A stretch of DNA of 64,000 bases from Oopsacas minuta (GCA_024704765.1 JAKMXF010000336.1:124001-188000), one strand, 5' to 3'; shown: positions 36,570 through 48,669, counted from the first letter of the stretch. Numbers and translations are program-made. The notes: generated by a model from the letters alone, not told the origin.

Positions 36570-37829
36570 ATGGCGACACAATTTCCTGAGCCAATCGCAG
36601 TGACAATTGTAGACCCCTTAGAACAAGAAATCAACCAATCAATTGACAGGTTGATATTCCTACTCAACCAGAGAAGAATCCATCTCTTAACCACCTTAAG
36701 AAATAAGAGACAAGAGACAAGAGGTAATCAGGTGGCGTGTCAGCAAATGAAACAACAACTGGAAGAGTCCCGAGCTCTTGTAGAAGGTAGAATGACACAT
36801 AATCAACTCCACTCCATGTCAGATAGACTTGTGGCAGAAATGCAAACAAAACTAGCAGAACTCCACCTTAACACACCACCACCTCATGTACTGAGGTTCT
36901 TGTGTGATACACAAGAACTCGAGAGGAGCATTAACCGTCTAGGAGAGATCAGCCAACAAGAGATCCATCCCATCCCTCGTATACCAGTAATCCCTAATTA
37001 TGCTAAATTCCAACATCCTATTGTTGCTGTTGGGAAAAGAGGATCAGCTCCTGGGGAGGTTAAATGGCCAAGAGGTGTCGCAATTGAACCTGAATCTGGA
37101 CACATTTATGTGGCAGATATGGACAATAGTCGTATACAAATATTCTCTCAGTCAGGAGACCATATCAACCAATTCGGTGATCAACACCTGAAACTTCCAT
37201 GGGGTATCCTAATCCATGAGGAGAACATTTATGTTACAGATACAGGGCATCACGCTATCCTCTTATACAAGCTACAGGACCTCAATATGATAAAGCGAGT
37301 AGGTAAGATAGGATCTGGTAGTAAAGAGTTCAATCATCCTAGACAACCCGCCATCTCTCCTATCACACACCTTTATATACCAGATTGTAACAACAACAGA
37401 CTACAAATACTGACAACTAATCTGGCATTTAAAGGCACGCTACAACACCAAACTATGACTGCACCTATTGATGTTAAATTCACAAACAATTAAATATTTG
37501 TCTTGAGCAGGGAAAACAATCCACGTATTCATGTGTTTACTCTCTCAGGAGAGAAGTCTCGCTCATTGATTGCTAGAGCACCAGGAATACAAGTTGATAT
37601 GGCATACTTTTTCTGTCTAGACAGACATAATAACATTATCATAAGCGACATATCGACTAACAATATTAAAGTATTCTCACCAGAAGGATACCTCCTACAC
37701 ACGATAGGACGGTTAGGACAGGAAGCTGGAATGTTTAACTTCCCTCGCGGAATTACAATACACAACAACACAAAACTAATTTGTGTTTCTGAAAACAGGA
37801 ATTTCAGTTTACAAATATTTTCTGTTTAA
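36570..37829 (+). pseudogene. Coiled-coil + NHL propeller gene with a single in-frame TAA (37491-37493)
   Basis: MATQFPEP... helical N-terminus, then NHL blades. KFTNN*IFVLSRENNPRIHVF continues in frame to 37829. Confidence 0.8.
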
Positions 37830-38743
37830 TTGTACTTATTCTGTATAATACGCGCTAAAAGTATAATATATATATACATTTAGTGAATACTTTAGATTTT
37901 AACTGGGACCTTTGTGAATATTTGTACCGTTGGGGAGGGGACAAGTAGGGCGATGAATTCTAAAATATCTGACTCACCCCCCCCCAATCGGGACAAAAGT
38001 TTAATTTAGGCGCGTTAAGACAATAAAATTACCTTGATTATATTCTTCAAAATTTGATTGAATTGAATTCAGGGATCGAAGCATTGTGTAAAAAATTCAA
38101 ATTTCGCTCATTTTATAGTATAAAGTATACTCATATCTTAAAGGGTGTTAATACGTAATGCTATAAATAGCAACTTTTGAATGCTAACTTAATTAATATT
38201 TGATGTCAGAATATTCGCTGAGTATTCCATTTACATATCTCATGTTTGGAATTGTTGCTGGATTTATGCTGACGCAAAGTACGTGTTACATAGAGGCTGG
38301 GGCCTATTTAATAAATCAAAACAAGTCACTCATTAATCTCACAGAGGGTTTCTCAAACTCCCATGGGCTATGGCCACACTTTTTAGAAAATTCGGTTTCT
38401 TTGCCACAACCAAGTTGACTTGCTGGTTAAGGTTAGTCATGATTGGGCAAGTCTGATCATATTGGTCAATTTAGTCAAAATGGACAGATCAACTTGACCA
38501 AAAAGTGACGTAGAATGTCTCTGGGGGTTCAAAGTGTGAACCAATTTGGTCATATGACCACAGATTGGGAATTCCTCACTTACAATATTTAAGTTCTGTT
38601 TTATAAAATTCGACAACGATATGCAAAGTTTATCATATGTAATTTTAACCATTACACTTGTATTATGCTAATTACAGTAGAAACTCATTAGTACGAACAA
38701 GAAAAAGACTAAATAATGTTAGATTTATCCGAATTGTGTATTA

Positions 38744-40120
38744 CAGTCTGTTTCAAAAGTATTGGCAGTAGTTCATATTTCATATTTCCTAAGCCTATTC
38801 AATTGTGTGATAGTATTATCTATTGATCTTTTCGATATTGCATACTTAGATAGTCATCATGAAGTTTATCATTAATCATGATGGACTTTCTTAATGTTTA
38901 CCTCGATTCAGATATTTGAAACGGGGAATTTTGAGGCATAAAATTTCCCACCGCCACAGCTGCCAATTTGATCTCATTTAATAAAACAAATTATATTATA
39001 GCCCTATTTGTAGCTAAATGTCGCAATTAGAACAGAGGAAGAAAATCAAAATATTTATTGATGCAGGTATTACTTCAGCGAAGGAAATCTCTGCTAAAAC
39101 AGGGATACCATTGAGGACAATTTTTCGTATAAAATCTATACTTCGTGAAGGTAAAAGCATAACACATAAAAGTGTTAGTGGGCGTCCCAAGGCTATCACA
39201 TATTCACACAAACAATCAATTATACGAACGTTAAATTCTCATTCTAAGATCTCTATACGTTCTGTACACGCGAATCTCTCTTCCAAGTACACCGATGCTC
39301 CGTCAACTTCAACAATCTACCGGGCAACTCGTGCTTGTGGATTTAACTTTAAACAACCTGTTATGGGACCATTCATTACCCCATTAATAGCTAAAAACAG
39401 AGTTGAATGGTGTAAAGATCATGTGAATTATTGTTGGGAGAATGTATTCTTCACAGACGAATGTTCTATTTGGTTAAATCGGGGAAGTGTTGGCATGTGG
39501 ACTAGAGCAAAAGAAAATCCTATTCTGAAGGTTCAACGGCACACACCAAAATTACACGTTTGGGGAGGGATTTCTTCCATGGGAACCACAATATTGAAGA
39601 TATTTACTTCTAATTTTGTCTCCAAATTGTATATTGATACTCTGAATGAGTGTTTAATCAGAACAGCTGATGTTTACTATCCTGAGGGATGGATTCTGCA
39701 GGAAAACAATTCCCCAATTCATAAATCTAAGCTCAGCAAAGAGTGGAAAGATAGTGAAAATATTCTAGTATTGGATTGGCCTGCCTATTCTCCGGACTTA
39801 AATCCAATTGAAAACATCTGAGGAGTCCTAAAGCAGAGGTTGTCGAAGAGATCTCTCAATAACTTGGCTGATTTAGAAGTAGCTATAATTTACGAATGGG
39901 AGACTTTTACCCCCGATTTCCTGAAAAATTTTATATTATCTATGCCTAACCGTGTAAATATGTGCATAAATTCGAGAGGGGAGAAGATTAATTACTGAAA
40001 TTTTGTTTACAGATATATCTTACCCGTAGAATTTCGTAGTATCATTATCTATTTGCTATTTGTTCCAATTTCTGAAATATTAATATTATAATTTACTGCC
40101 AATACTTTTGAAACAGACTG
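38744..40120 (+). mobile_element. Full-length Tc1/mariner element, 1377 bp; transposase 39018-39998 inactivated
   Basis: 27-bp perfect TIR CAGTCTGTTTCAAAAGTATTGGCAGTA, TA TSD. HTH, FTDEC, QENNSP (canonical QDNAP), SPDLNPIENI*GVLK (W codon changed to TGA). Confidence 0.92.
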
Positions 40121-40209
40121 TAACTGGTTTCATTTGTATTAAACAATTCATTGAAGGGTACAAATATTGTGTTTATACTAACCGAAATTTCGTATTAATC
40201 TGGTCGCTT

Positions 40210-40829
40210 AACCGATTAAGACAGAAGTGTTACGTTCCTAATGAAGAGGAACACTAAAATTTTACCGCTTCCTTTTAACCAATTCCCACGCCAAAAACGA
40301 GATTTTAGCACCATTTTGACGTCACAAAATCCCACATTTCCCCGCAGTATTTGGTTAATAGAAATACGGAGACGAAGTCTCTGCTATTATTTTCCAAGAA
40401 ATTTGAATTAAATTTTACCTAAAAACGGCTAATTGGAAGTTTTTTGTGATTTTGGCTGGAAATTTTCCATAATTTTATTCTCATTGTGTTAGAATTTTAT
40501 TAGAAATTTATTGTTAATATTTGTCACTGAAACTGGGCTCATTTATAGAATGTATTTCCAAAAACCTGTAGACATACCGCTGATATTTTCCCAGTTTTTG
40601 TAATAGAATACCTAACTAGGATTTTACGACACAAAGACAGCTTCATAACATAGCAATATTCAAAATTACTTTACACTATAACCAATTACGGCAGAAGTTT
40701 ACCCATTATAATGAATATGAACACTAAAATTTTACCACTTCATTTTCTCCAATTCCCACACCAAAAACGAGATTTTAGCACCTTTTCGGCGTCACAAAAT
40801 CCCACATTTTCCCGGCCGTATTCGGTTAA
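40210..40829 (+). repeat. ~150-bp direct repeat pair (40210-40358, 40680-40829); inverted partial copy at ~45128-45172
   Basis: aacactaaaattttacc.cttc.tttt..ccaattcccac.ccaaaaacgagattttagcacc shared. Confidence 0.75.
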
Positions 40830-40935
40830 TCATTCACAAATTGATATAATGAAGTATACTTACAATATGTGGCTACAGCATAATAGTATAACAATAGAAT
40901 ATATCTAAAGTGGATATAATCTCGCATAGACAACG

Positions 40936-42108
40936 TTAATTTTCACACAATAAGCCCTGATTAAGACTATCAGGCCTATATCTGATCTTTACGCTAAATC
41001 CAAAGCGACTTTTCAAGTCTCTCCAAACATCACGACCGGCGAAAAATGCAAAAGTTCCGAGCACATATTGACTGATGTATAATATCAAAGCAATGTCCAC
41101 GAAGATGTATAAAATACATTCAACAAGAGCGCGAAAATGATAAAGATACTCGATTTGTTGTGGACTAGTCAGTATTTGTGGAGAATTGCTTACACCGTAC
41201 AAATAAGTATATAAACATGGGCCAAAGTAGACAACTATAGAAAAGAACGTAAAATATTGGTCGAAGAATAGGGCAAATATCAAGCAGAAAAAGATCATTG
41301 CATTAATAGTAGCAATAATGGCAAAATGATATGAAGTAGTCACAGATTTCCGTAGAGTTGCTCGAGATCCGCAAATGATTTTCAAATCAATGGTTTGTCT
41401 CTTCAAAGTACGATGAAAAATTCTCGCATGCTTTATCCAGAAACAGAAAAATATCAATTGGAATAAAGGCTGTATGATATTGCTAAATATCAAAAAATGA
41501 GGAACAGATTCTACAACGAAAAGGAATAAACTCAATATTATTGTCAAGATGAGGAATTTTTTCACCCTCCAAGAAATCCTATGTGATATATAGTAGCTTT
41601 CATGCAAATACTTCATCAAACAAATGCATATCCCCATAGTAGCCAGCATAGTAACTTTACCTAACGCAACTAACACTGATCCAAAGGGCATACTTGTAAT
41701 TAATGTTAGATGGTAATCAGAGTGGTATGTTAGTTCACTAACGCAGCTGGTATTGATAAATCGATTGGCGAATTGGATGGTAGAATTTCGTGAGGAAGAG
41801 TGTTCCGCTATAATATATCCGATTGTGTAGAATATTGGACCGAGCATCTCCGATATGTTGATGGCAAGCAGAAAAGAGTACTTAACAATCTCAACTATCT
41901 GTTGTGAAGATAATTTGAGGTAATTTCCCAGAAGATCATGCTTTGATAATCCTACATACTTATGATATACTTGCCGAAAATATGCAATTCTCCTCACAAA
42001 GTATATATTCCAAATCAGATTAAGAATCGATAAAATGAAAATAGAAGGGAGAAAAGCGTGACTATTGAATATGAGAAAAACGTGATGTATTTGATAAATG
42101 GTTAGCAT
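40936..42108 (-). CDS. Orphan multi-pass (~7TM) membrane protein, intronless, 390 aa
   Basis: About 7 long hydrophobic segments. No DRY/NPxxY motifs or other family signature recognised. Confidence 0.75.
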   Translation of the reverse strand: MLTIYQIHHVFLIFNSHAFLPSIFILSILNLIWNIYFVRRIAYFRQVYHKYVGLSKHDLLGNYLKLSSQQIVEIVKYSFLLAINISEMLGPIFYTIGYIIAEHSSSRNSTIQFANRFINTSCVSELTYHSDYHLTLITSMPFGSVLVALGKVTMLATMGICICLMKYLHESYYISHRISWRVKKFLILTIILSLFLFVVESVPHFLIFSNIIQPLFQLIFFCFWIKHARIFHRTLKRQTIDLKIICGSRATLRKSVTTSYHFAIIATINAMIFFCLIFALFFDQYFTFFSIVVYFGPCLYTYLYGVSNSPQILTSPQQIEYLYHFRALVECILYIFVDIALILYISQYVLGTFAFFAGRDVWRDLKSRFGFSVKIRYRPDSLNQGLLCEN

Positions 42109-42176
42109 GGTAACTTGTAAGGAATGGAAAATGGAAGATTATGTGCCGTAAAAACAAACAATAAGTATATATAGAG

Positions 42177-42404
42177 ATTTCATCAATGGGATAATCTAGC
42201 AAGAATACAATTTCATCCACTGGTAATATAGAAACGCCCAAACTGTAATCCATAGACATTTCATCAATGGGATAGCCTAGCAAGATTACAAGTTAATCAC
42301 TGGTAATATAGAAACGCCCAAACTGTAATCCATAGACATTTCATCAATGGGATAATCTAGCAAGATTACAAGTTCATCCACTGGTAATATAGAAACGCCC
42401 AAAT
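42177..42404. repeat. Minisatellite, 80-81 bp unit x ~2.9
   Basis: atttcatcaatgggata...ctggtaatatagaaacgcccaaa units start at 42177, 42258 and 42338. Confidence 0.9.
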
Positions 42405-42722
42405 TTGTAATTCAAGTATATATTTGTAGCTTTATTAGATTTCAAAGTGGATATTATAGCATAAAGTATGTACCGAATTAATGCTCGTATCAGATTCCTT
42501 TGCAGAAATTGCATTTGACGTAAAATGATAGCATAAAATACTATTATGGTTGTGTGTTAATGTTTGTTTGTTTGTTTATCAACTTTGTAATATACTAATA
42601 GAGGAAAATGATCTGTATATATAATATAGGGAATAACATATCCTTCTGTTGAAGGTATAGCAAATGTATACAATTACATTGGGATAATCGAGTATGCTAA
42701 TTCCGATTTTCACACTTACAAA

Positions 42723-43589
42723 TTAATCATATGTAAATTTATTGTTGTTTTTATGAATATAAAGTAAACAAATATTTGATCTCCAAATATACTTAGAGAC
42801 CTGCTCTTGGTCTCTCTTGGACGGATTCAGTGGCTTCATGTCTTCCTCTATTTCAGGATCTACATAGAAAATGAATTCACCCTCAATAGCGTGCCTCAAC
42901 GCTCTTCTCATACAATCTGAACGCCAGGGCTCTGGAATGGGATAAGTCCCCATCTTTAAGATCTCTTCCTTCAGCCTCAGTCTTTGACATTCGTATCTCT
43001 TTACAATCACACTCTCTATTTGTTTGGGAAGATTAGGATTTAGTTTTTGAATTTTCACGATCTTTTTCTCAGCTGTCTCCTTCCACATGATGAGACCATT
43101 TAGGGAGTAGAGGGAAGGTTCTGCAAGAGTTCTCTCTATGTAGAAGAGGCTATCTTTGTAATCAATTGGTAGCACATCAATAACTAGTAGAGTTATTTTC
43201 TGCAAATGATTGTAGTATCGTTCCTTAAGCGAATCCTTGAGAAGGACAGGAAGTGTTTCACTTAACATCTTAGTTTCGAACTCTTGGTATACTGGTACTA
43301 TATCTGCTACTATTCCAATATTCACTTTTATATCATCAGCAGCTATCACATGTTCCATTTCACAAATCTAGCCTAGTAGATCCATTTTTTGTAAATGTTC
43401 TTTGTATCGCATCATCAAGGAATCTTTCAGAGGGGCAGGAATTGTTACACGTGATATCTTAATTTCGAATTCTTGGTATAGTGGTGACATCTCTTCTACT
43501 AATCCCATATTCACTTTTACATCATCTGCAGCCATTATACCGTTCATTTCTTCCAGTAAGTTAATTAATACAGCTGTATTCACTTCCAA
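42723..43589 (-). pseudogene. Orphan ORF with an internally duplicated ~55-aa domain, split by an in-frame TAG (43368-43370)
   Basis: IMAADDVKVNMG..YQEFE..LKDSL..RY..HLQK occurs twice; MDLLG*ICEMEHVI is in frame. Confidence 0.6.
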
Positions 43590-44484
43590 ACGCTCATCAG
43601 CAGTTAATGGTGTTAGCTGGCTCGTGTTTTTGCCAATTCAAAAATACTTTACATTCAGTTTTTATCTTATTTTATTAGAAATTGTGTAGCCGTTCTTTTA
43701 TAGAAAATCTCTTAGATATTATTTGTATAATTATTTAGTAATACTTTCAATGTAAGATAGCTTTCTATGTGAAGTCATGTGTTGATAATGTGGCTTATTT
43801 GACACAATCAGAGACAATAATACATAATCGTTTCTGTACAATTGAAATTTAAAAGTATAATCAGATGTTTGAAGTTATCTTATTTGTAAGAATTAATTAA
43901 TCGGGACGCGAAAACTGTTTTCTAAATGATTCTTTAAATATCGTATTTCTATGAATAAGCTCCGACAGCTAGAAATAGGCTCCAAGACTTGTGAATACAA
44001 ATTAATTCATATAAGCCTCATTTGGCTAAGCAAAAGATTAGGATAATTCTTTTCCCAAAATCACTGTTTATTTTCAAAAATTGTGACAATAATGGCCTCT
44101 AAATGAACAACTCCCGGGAGGTAATTCAGGGAAATACGGTAATCGAGTTTTTAAGTAAACAATCGGCTGACCAAAGCGAGCCAGCAGGTACATTAAACAG
44201 CAACCCCCTGTATATTTTAATGTTATGAATCCAATCGACTATTTTAAACATTATTGCCCACCCACATTACAGTCGAACCTCTGAGATAAAGTCTGTATCT
44301 CGAAGGTCCGACTGTAATGTGGGTGGGCAATATCCATCTTAAAATAAGACTCTTCATCACCGATTATATAAGCATAACTAGTGAAAAAGTTGATTATTTT
44401 AATAAAGAAAATTTTCAAACAGGAATAAAGCGAATGTAATGAGACCAAAGTTGAATAGAAATTACACATACACTATAAAATTAT

Positions 44485-44934
44485 TTATTCTACTATAGAA
44501 GCTTTCCCATCTTTCCACGTAATAGTTTTTATCGTTGTTTTCTTATATCCACGATTAGAATACACACCAGCTAACGTAGCTTCATCACTCTTGTATCTTA
44601 TCGTCTGTTTCACCAAGTTAACTAATCTCATACCAACTTCATCAATATCTTCTAATGTTGTGTATACACATATGACTAATTGCTCAGGATTTGTTGCATT
44701 AGGATTTGGCTTCATTGTAGATACTTTAGCTCCAGTGGCTAGAAGATAACCAGATTCTACTTCTTTACTCACTTCTTCCCATAGCTCGTCCATTTTTGAT
44801 TTGTGTTTGAATACCAACCATTTGCCATAAGTATTACCTCTTGATACTACCACAGAAGGAGCCATGGCGGATAACCAATACGCCATGTCTGTTTGAGATG
44901 GTTTAAGGGATCTCATATCAATGTTACTAGCCAT
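44485..44934 (-). CDS. DUF1917 / UPF0696 (C11orf68-like, eIF4E-like fold) protein, intronless
   Basis: GKWLVF...DELWEEV...GAKVST..PNPNA.....VICVYT...IRYKSDEATLAGVY. Confidence 0.75.
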   Translation of the reverse strand: MASNIDMRSLKPSQTDMAYWLSAMAPSVVVSRGNTYGKWLVFKHKSKMDELWEEVSKEVESGYLLATGAKVSTMKPNPNATNPEQLVICVYTTLEDIDEVGMRLVNLVKQTIRYKSDEATLAGVYSNRGYKKTTIKTITWKDGKASIVE

Positions 44935-45557
44935 TACGATGCTAAAACAAGATACAGTAGAACTCGGAGAGGACGTACTCCTGGAAAATGTTGACCCCCA
45001 TTCCCTGTGTCATGCTTTTTCACCGTTTTGTTATACAAAAAGAGTTTGGCTGTCACACTTCGCATACCACCTTCTCCGCTTGTAGCGTTACGTAACTTTT
45101 AAATGGACTCTCATTCAAATATTCTTAACCGAATACGACCGGGAAATTTTGTGATTTTATGACGTCAACATTATAATCAACATTTTACAACTAAGCTAAG
45201 TTGTTTAATACGTCTTTTAACGAAGACGTATTATACGTTCAATCTACAATATTTGGTGACGTAACTAAAATTGGGCTGATTTCTGCAATATTTATTTTAC
45301 ATAAAAACAGAAGTTCTCGAATTGTTAATGAGAAATATCAGCACAGCTGACCAAATGATATAATACTTGATAATTATGTGATATATACAAGTCTAAAAAT
45401 GTCAAAATCTCATATTTCGAGATTAACCTAGACGTATAATACGTACAATAGATTACGCATAACGTATTATACAACTTAGCTACTACCAAAGTATTATATT
45501 TTTGTATATTGTTTATATAGAAATGCTTATGTTCCTTCGATTTTCAGCTATAAAGTA

Positions 45558-45793
45558 CAGTAAACTGGGGCTACTTTGGCCCACTGGGTTTGCTTTAGCC
45601 CAAATATTGAAATTTTCTTACGTATCGAATAGATATTGTATTTGTATTCGAAATTGTCTATCGATATTTGAAAATTCGTTAAAAACTTGGCAAGTCATTT
45701 TCAAGTATAACACTGAATCAAATCTAATTTCTTTGAAACTTTGATATTTGGGCTAAAGCAAACCCAGTGGGCCAAAGTAGCCCCAGTTTACAG
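45558..45793. mobile_element. Tc1/mariner-type MITE, 236 bp
   Basis: 50-bp TIR (one mismatch) CAGTAAACTGGGGCTACTTTGGCCCACTGGGTTTGCTTTAGCCCAAATAT, TA flanks. Confidence 0.9.
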
Positions 45794-46144
45794 TATTAAA
45801 TAAGGTGGTTTTTACAGTCAACTTTACTAATTTAGTGCAAATATGTTATATTTCATATGTTAATGTAGACAAGTCTAGAAAACTAGGACATCAAAAGACG
45901 CCGATTATACCACATAAGAGGCGGAAATTTAGTGGAAGGGGCAGTGTGGAGCGTTGCCTTACTTTAATACTTAGGAGTATATCCCTGAAGATACAATATG
46001 GAATAAGAAAAGATATTACATAATAAAATAAGCGCATGTTATTATTTGAAATATTCTATCGTAAAGATACAAAATATTATGTAAAAGGATAAATAGTTCA
46101 TTTCTAACTTATTATTCGTAAAGTGATGATGACGTCATTCGTGA

Positions 46145-46450
46145 TTAGCAACCATAGCAACAGCACATCAATATCCATACAAATATCCACCATGGACAGA
46201 AACAAGTGATGATACAGTGAAGCAGGTGGTTAGGCCTGTTATCTGTATATGTTACATGTTTAACTTCTACGTGTGGTGGGCTAGCTGGAGCTGGTGTTGG
46301 TGCATTCTGTTGGATAACAACTACCTGAGGATTAGGTGCATACATTGGTTGTGTTTGTACAGGTGCGTACATCGCTGGTTGTCCAGGTGGAGCATACATA
46401 TTTGGTTGTGCAGGTGACGGTATCTGTTGGTTATATTGAATTTGCTGCAT
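46145..46450 (-). CDS. Small Pro/Gln-rich protein with C-terminal TM and Cys-rich tail (CYSTM-like), paralog 1
   Basis: MYAP repeats; DNRPNHLLHCIITCFCPWWIFVWILMCCCYGC*. Confidence 0.8.
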   Translation of the reverse strand: MQQIQYNQQIPSPAQPNMYAPPGQPAMYAPVQTQPMYAPNPQVVVIQQNAPTPAPASPPHVEVKHVTYTDNRPNHLLHCIITCFCPWWIFVWILMCCCYGC

Positions 46451-47430
46451 TTCCCGCTTGTTGGCTAGAGGTAGTTAATTAGGCTATTTAAAGTTATATA
46501 CTTGTCTCACATTTTACTAGTTGTATAGTTGAAAATTCAATATTTTTAATGCCCAGAGAGAATGTGGTGAGATAATCGAAGGGTGAAAATATTTATTATA
46601 TTAACTGGCCTATAACGAACGCCATGACAGTTTCCGAAGAAATTCCGGATTTTGAGAAACAAGTAATTAATTTTACATGGCATAACAAATGACAATCTCT
46701 AAATTATAACAAATGCATGCACCTTCAGTAAAAACGAAATTCGCTATCCATGGTTAAATAACAAATATTCATAAAGGGGATCATTTTCGTCAAAACAAAG
46801 TAACTAGATAAATCCCTGGTCAACTGTATACAATCAATTCCCGTGTATACAATCAACCATCAACTACATGTTGGACATGGCTATATACGTGTAAAATACC
46901 CGCTTATATCGAAGTGTGGAATTGTACAAATATGGCCACAAACCGTCAAAGTAACATAATTTTCATCGGTTCTATCGAACTCCGCTTATATCGATTTAAC
47001 TCTCGAGGTACCTTGAGCTTCGATATCACGGTAGTAGCCGAGAAAATTGGTCCTTTTTTAACCAAGGATAGTAGATGTCGTTTATCTGCTTGGCTTTTGT
47101 TCAAGGTCCTTTTGAGTCACTCGCTCGCTTTGTTGGATTGTGTATTCCCCCTGGATTAGTGACAATGCATGCTTGGCTGTTGTTCTAGGATGTTTTGATG
47201 TGGGATCGGAGAGATAATTTCACTATAACTTAGAAAACCCGAAATTCGCCATCCATGGTTAAAAACCATAACCAAAGAGGTGACAATTCAAGAGGATACT
47301 CTATGGAATAAGAAATTATAGTACATACTAAGTGTATGTTATCATTCGAAATATTTCATCCTAAAGATACAAAAATTATTAGTTCATTTCTAAATTATTA
47401 TTAGTAAAGTGATAATGACGTCATTCGTGA

Positions 47431-47685
47431 TTAGCAACCATAGCAACAGCACATCAATAGCCATACAAATATCCATAATGGAAAGAATATAGAGATGATA
47501 AAGTGAAGCAGGTGGTTTGGTCTGTTATCTGTATATGTTACACGTGTAATCTTTACGTGTGGTAGCCTAGCTGTAGCTGGAGCTGGAGCTGGTGCATTCT
47601 GTTGGATAACAACTACCTGAGGATTAGGTGCATATATGGGTTGTACAGGTGGTGGTACCAGTTGGGTATATTGATATTGCTGCAT
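47431..47685 (-). CDS. CYSTM-like small membrane protein, paralog 2
   Basis: DNRPNHLLHFIISIFFPLWIFVWLLMCCCYGC*. Confidence 0.8.
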   Translation of the reverse strand: MQQYQYTQLVPPPVQPIYAPNPQVVVIQQNAPAPAPATARLPHVKITRVTYTDNRPNHLLHFIISIFFPLWIFVWLLMCCCYGC

Positions 47686-48175
47686 TTCCCGCTTGTTGGC
47701 TAAAGGTAGTTAAACAAAATATTAGGAGCCGTGCTAACCTTATGTAACGCAAATCCTGGAATTTTGACACGTTATTATATAGAAAGTTCCTAAAGTTCAT
47801 GCCAAGAGTGTGTGAAAAGTTCTTAGAAAGTTCCTAACACTTTACTATGTTATTACCTCTGTTCATAATCTGGTCCCATTTCTTGAAAAGTACAGGGAAT
47901 ACAGTGTTAACACTTCTTCTTTTCTATAAAAGGGACCAGATTAACACTGCAACCCTATATCTAGAATTGTTACGTAACTATTGAATTACCCCTATCTATC
48001 CTTAAATTGCTGTTGTCAGCACTGTAGCCACAGCTTGAATAATAACCAAATAGGAAAATTATAGAAAAATCAACAACAAAGAATAAATATCAAATATTTC
48101 GTTCCTAAAGATGCAAAATACGAAGTAGAAAATACATAGTCAATCCTTATGAGCATGTGACACCATTCATCCCTC

Positions 48176-48484
48176 TTAACAACCATAACAACAGCAAATA
48201 CACAGCCATATTAGTATCCACCATGGACAGAAGAGAGTGATGATACAGTGTAGCAGATGGTTAGGTCTGTTATCTTCTATATAGGTTACATTGCTCACTT
48301 GTACAGGGGGCCTCCTAGCTGGAGGAGCCTGGTGAATAATGACTTGAGGATTAGGTGGATAGGCCGGCTGGGGAGGGGGCGCATACGTCATCGGTTGGGG
48401 AGGAGGTCCATTATTAGGATCGGTGTCAGAGTAGACTGGTGGATTAGCAGGCAGCTGCTGATATTCATACTTGTATCCCTGCAT
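48176..48484 (-). CDS. CYSTM-like small membrane protein, paralog 3
   Basis: DNRPNHLLHCIITLFCPWWILIWLCICCCYGC*. Confidence 0.8.
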   Translation of the reverse strand: MQGYKYEYQQLPANPPVYSDTDPNNGPPPQPMTYAPPPQPAYPPNPQVIIHQAPPARRPPVQVSNVTYIEDNRPNHLLHCIITLFCPWWILIWLCICCCYGC

Positions 48485-48669
48485 TTATCACTTGTTGGCT
48501 AAAATATAGTTTGTCAAAAATAAAATAATTAAGAGTCGAATTATAAATAAATACGTACAGTGAAACCTCAACAAAACGGGGCCTGGGAAACAGAGTGAAA
48601 GTGAATTCATATGATCATACAAATGAACCTACGCAATCGGGGAAGTTGGCAGGATCGGGAACTCTAGGC

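Noticed and set aside
37491-43370. Stop-codon reassignment explaining three single in-frame stops
   Set aside because: The three stops are TAA, TGA and TAG, and all three codons terminate normal genes in this window.
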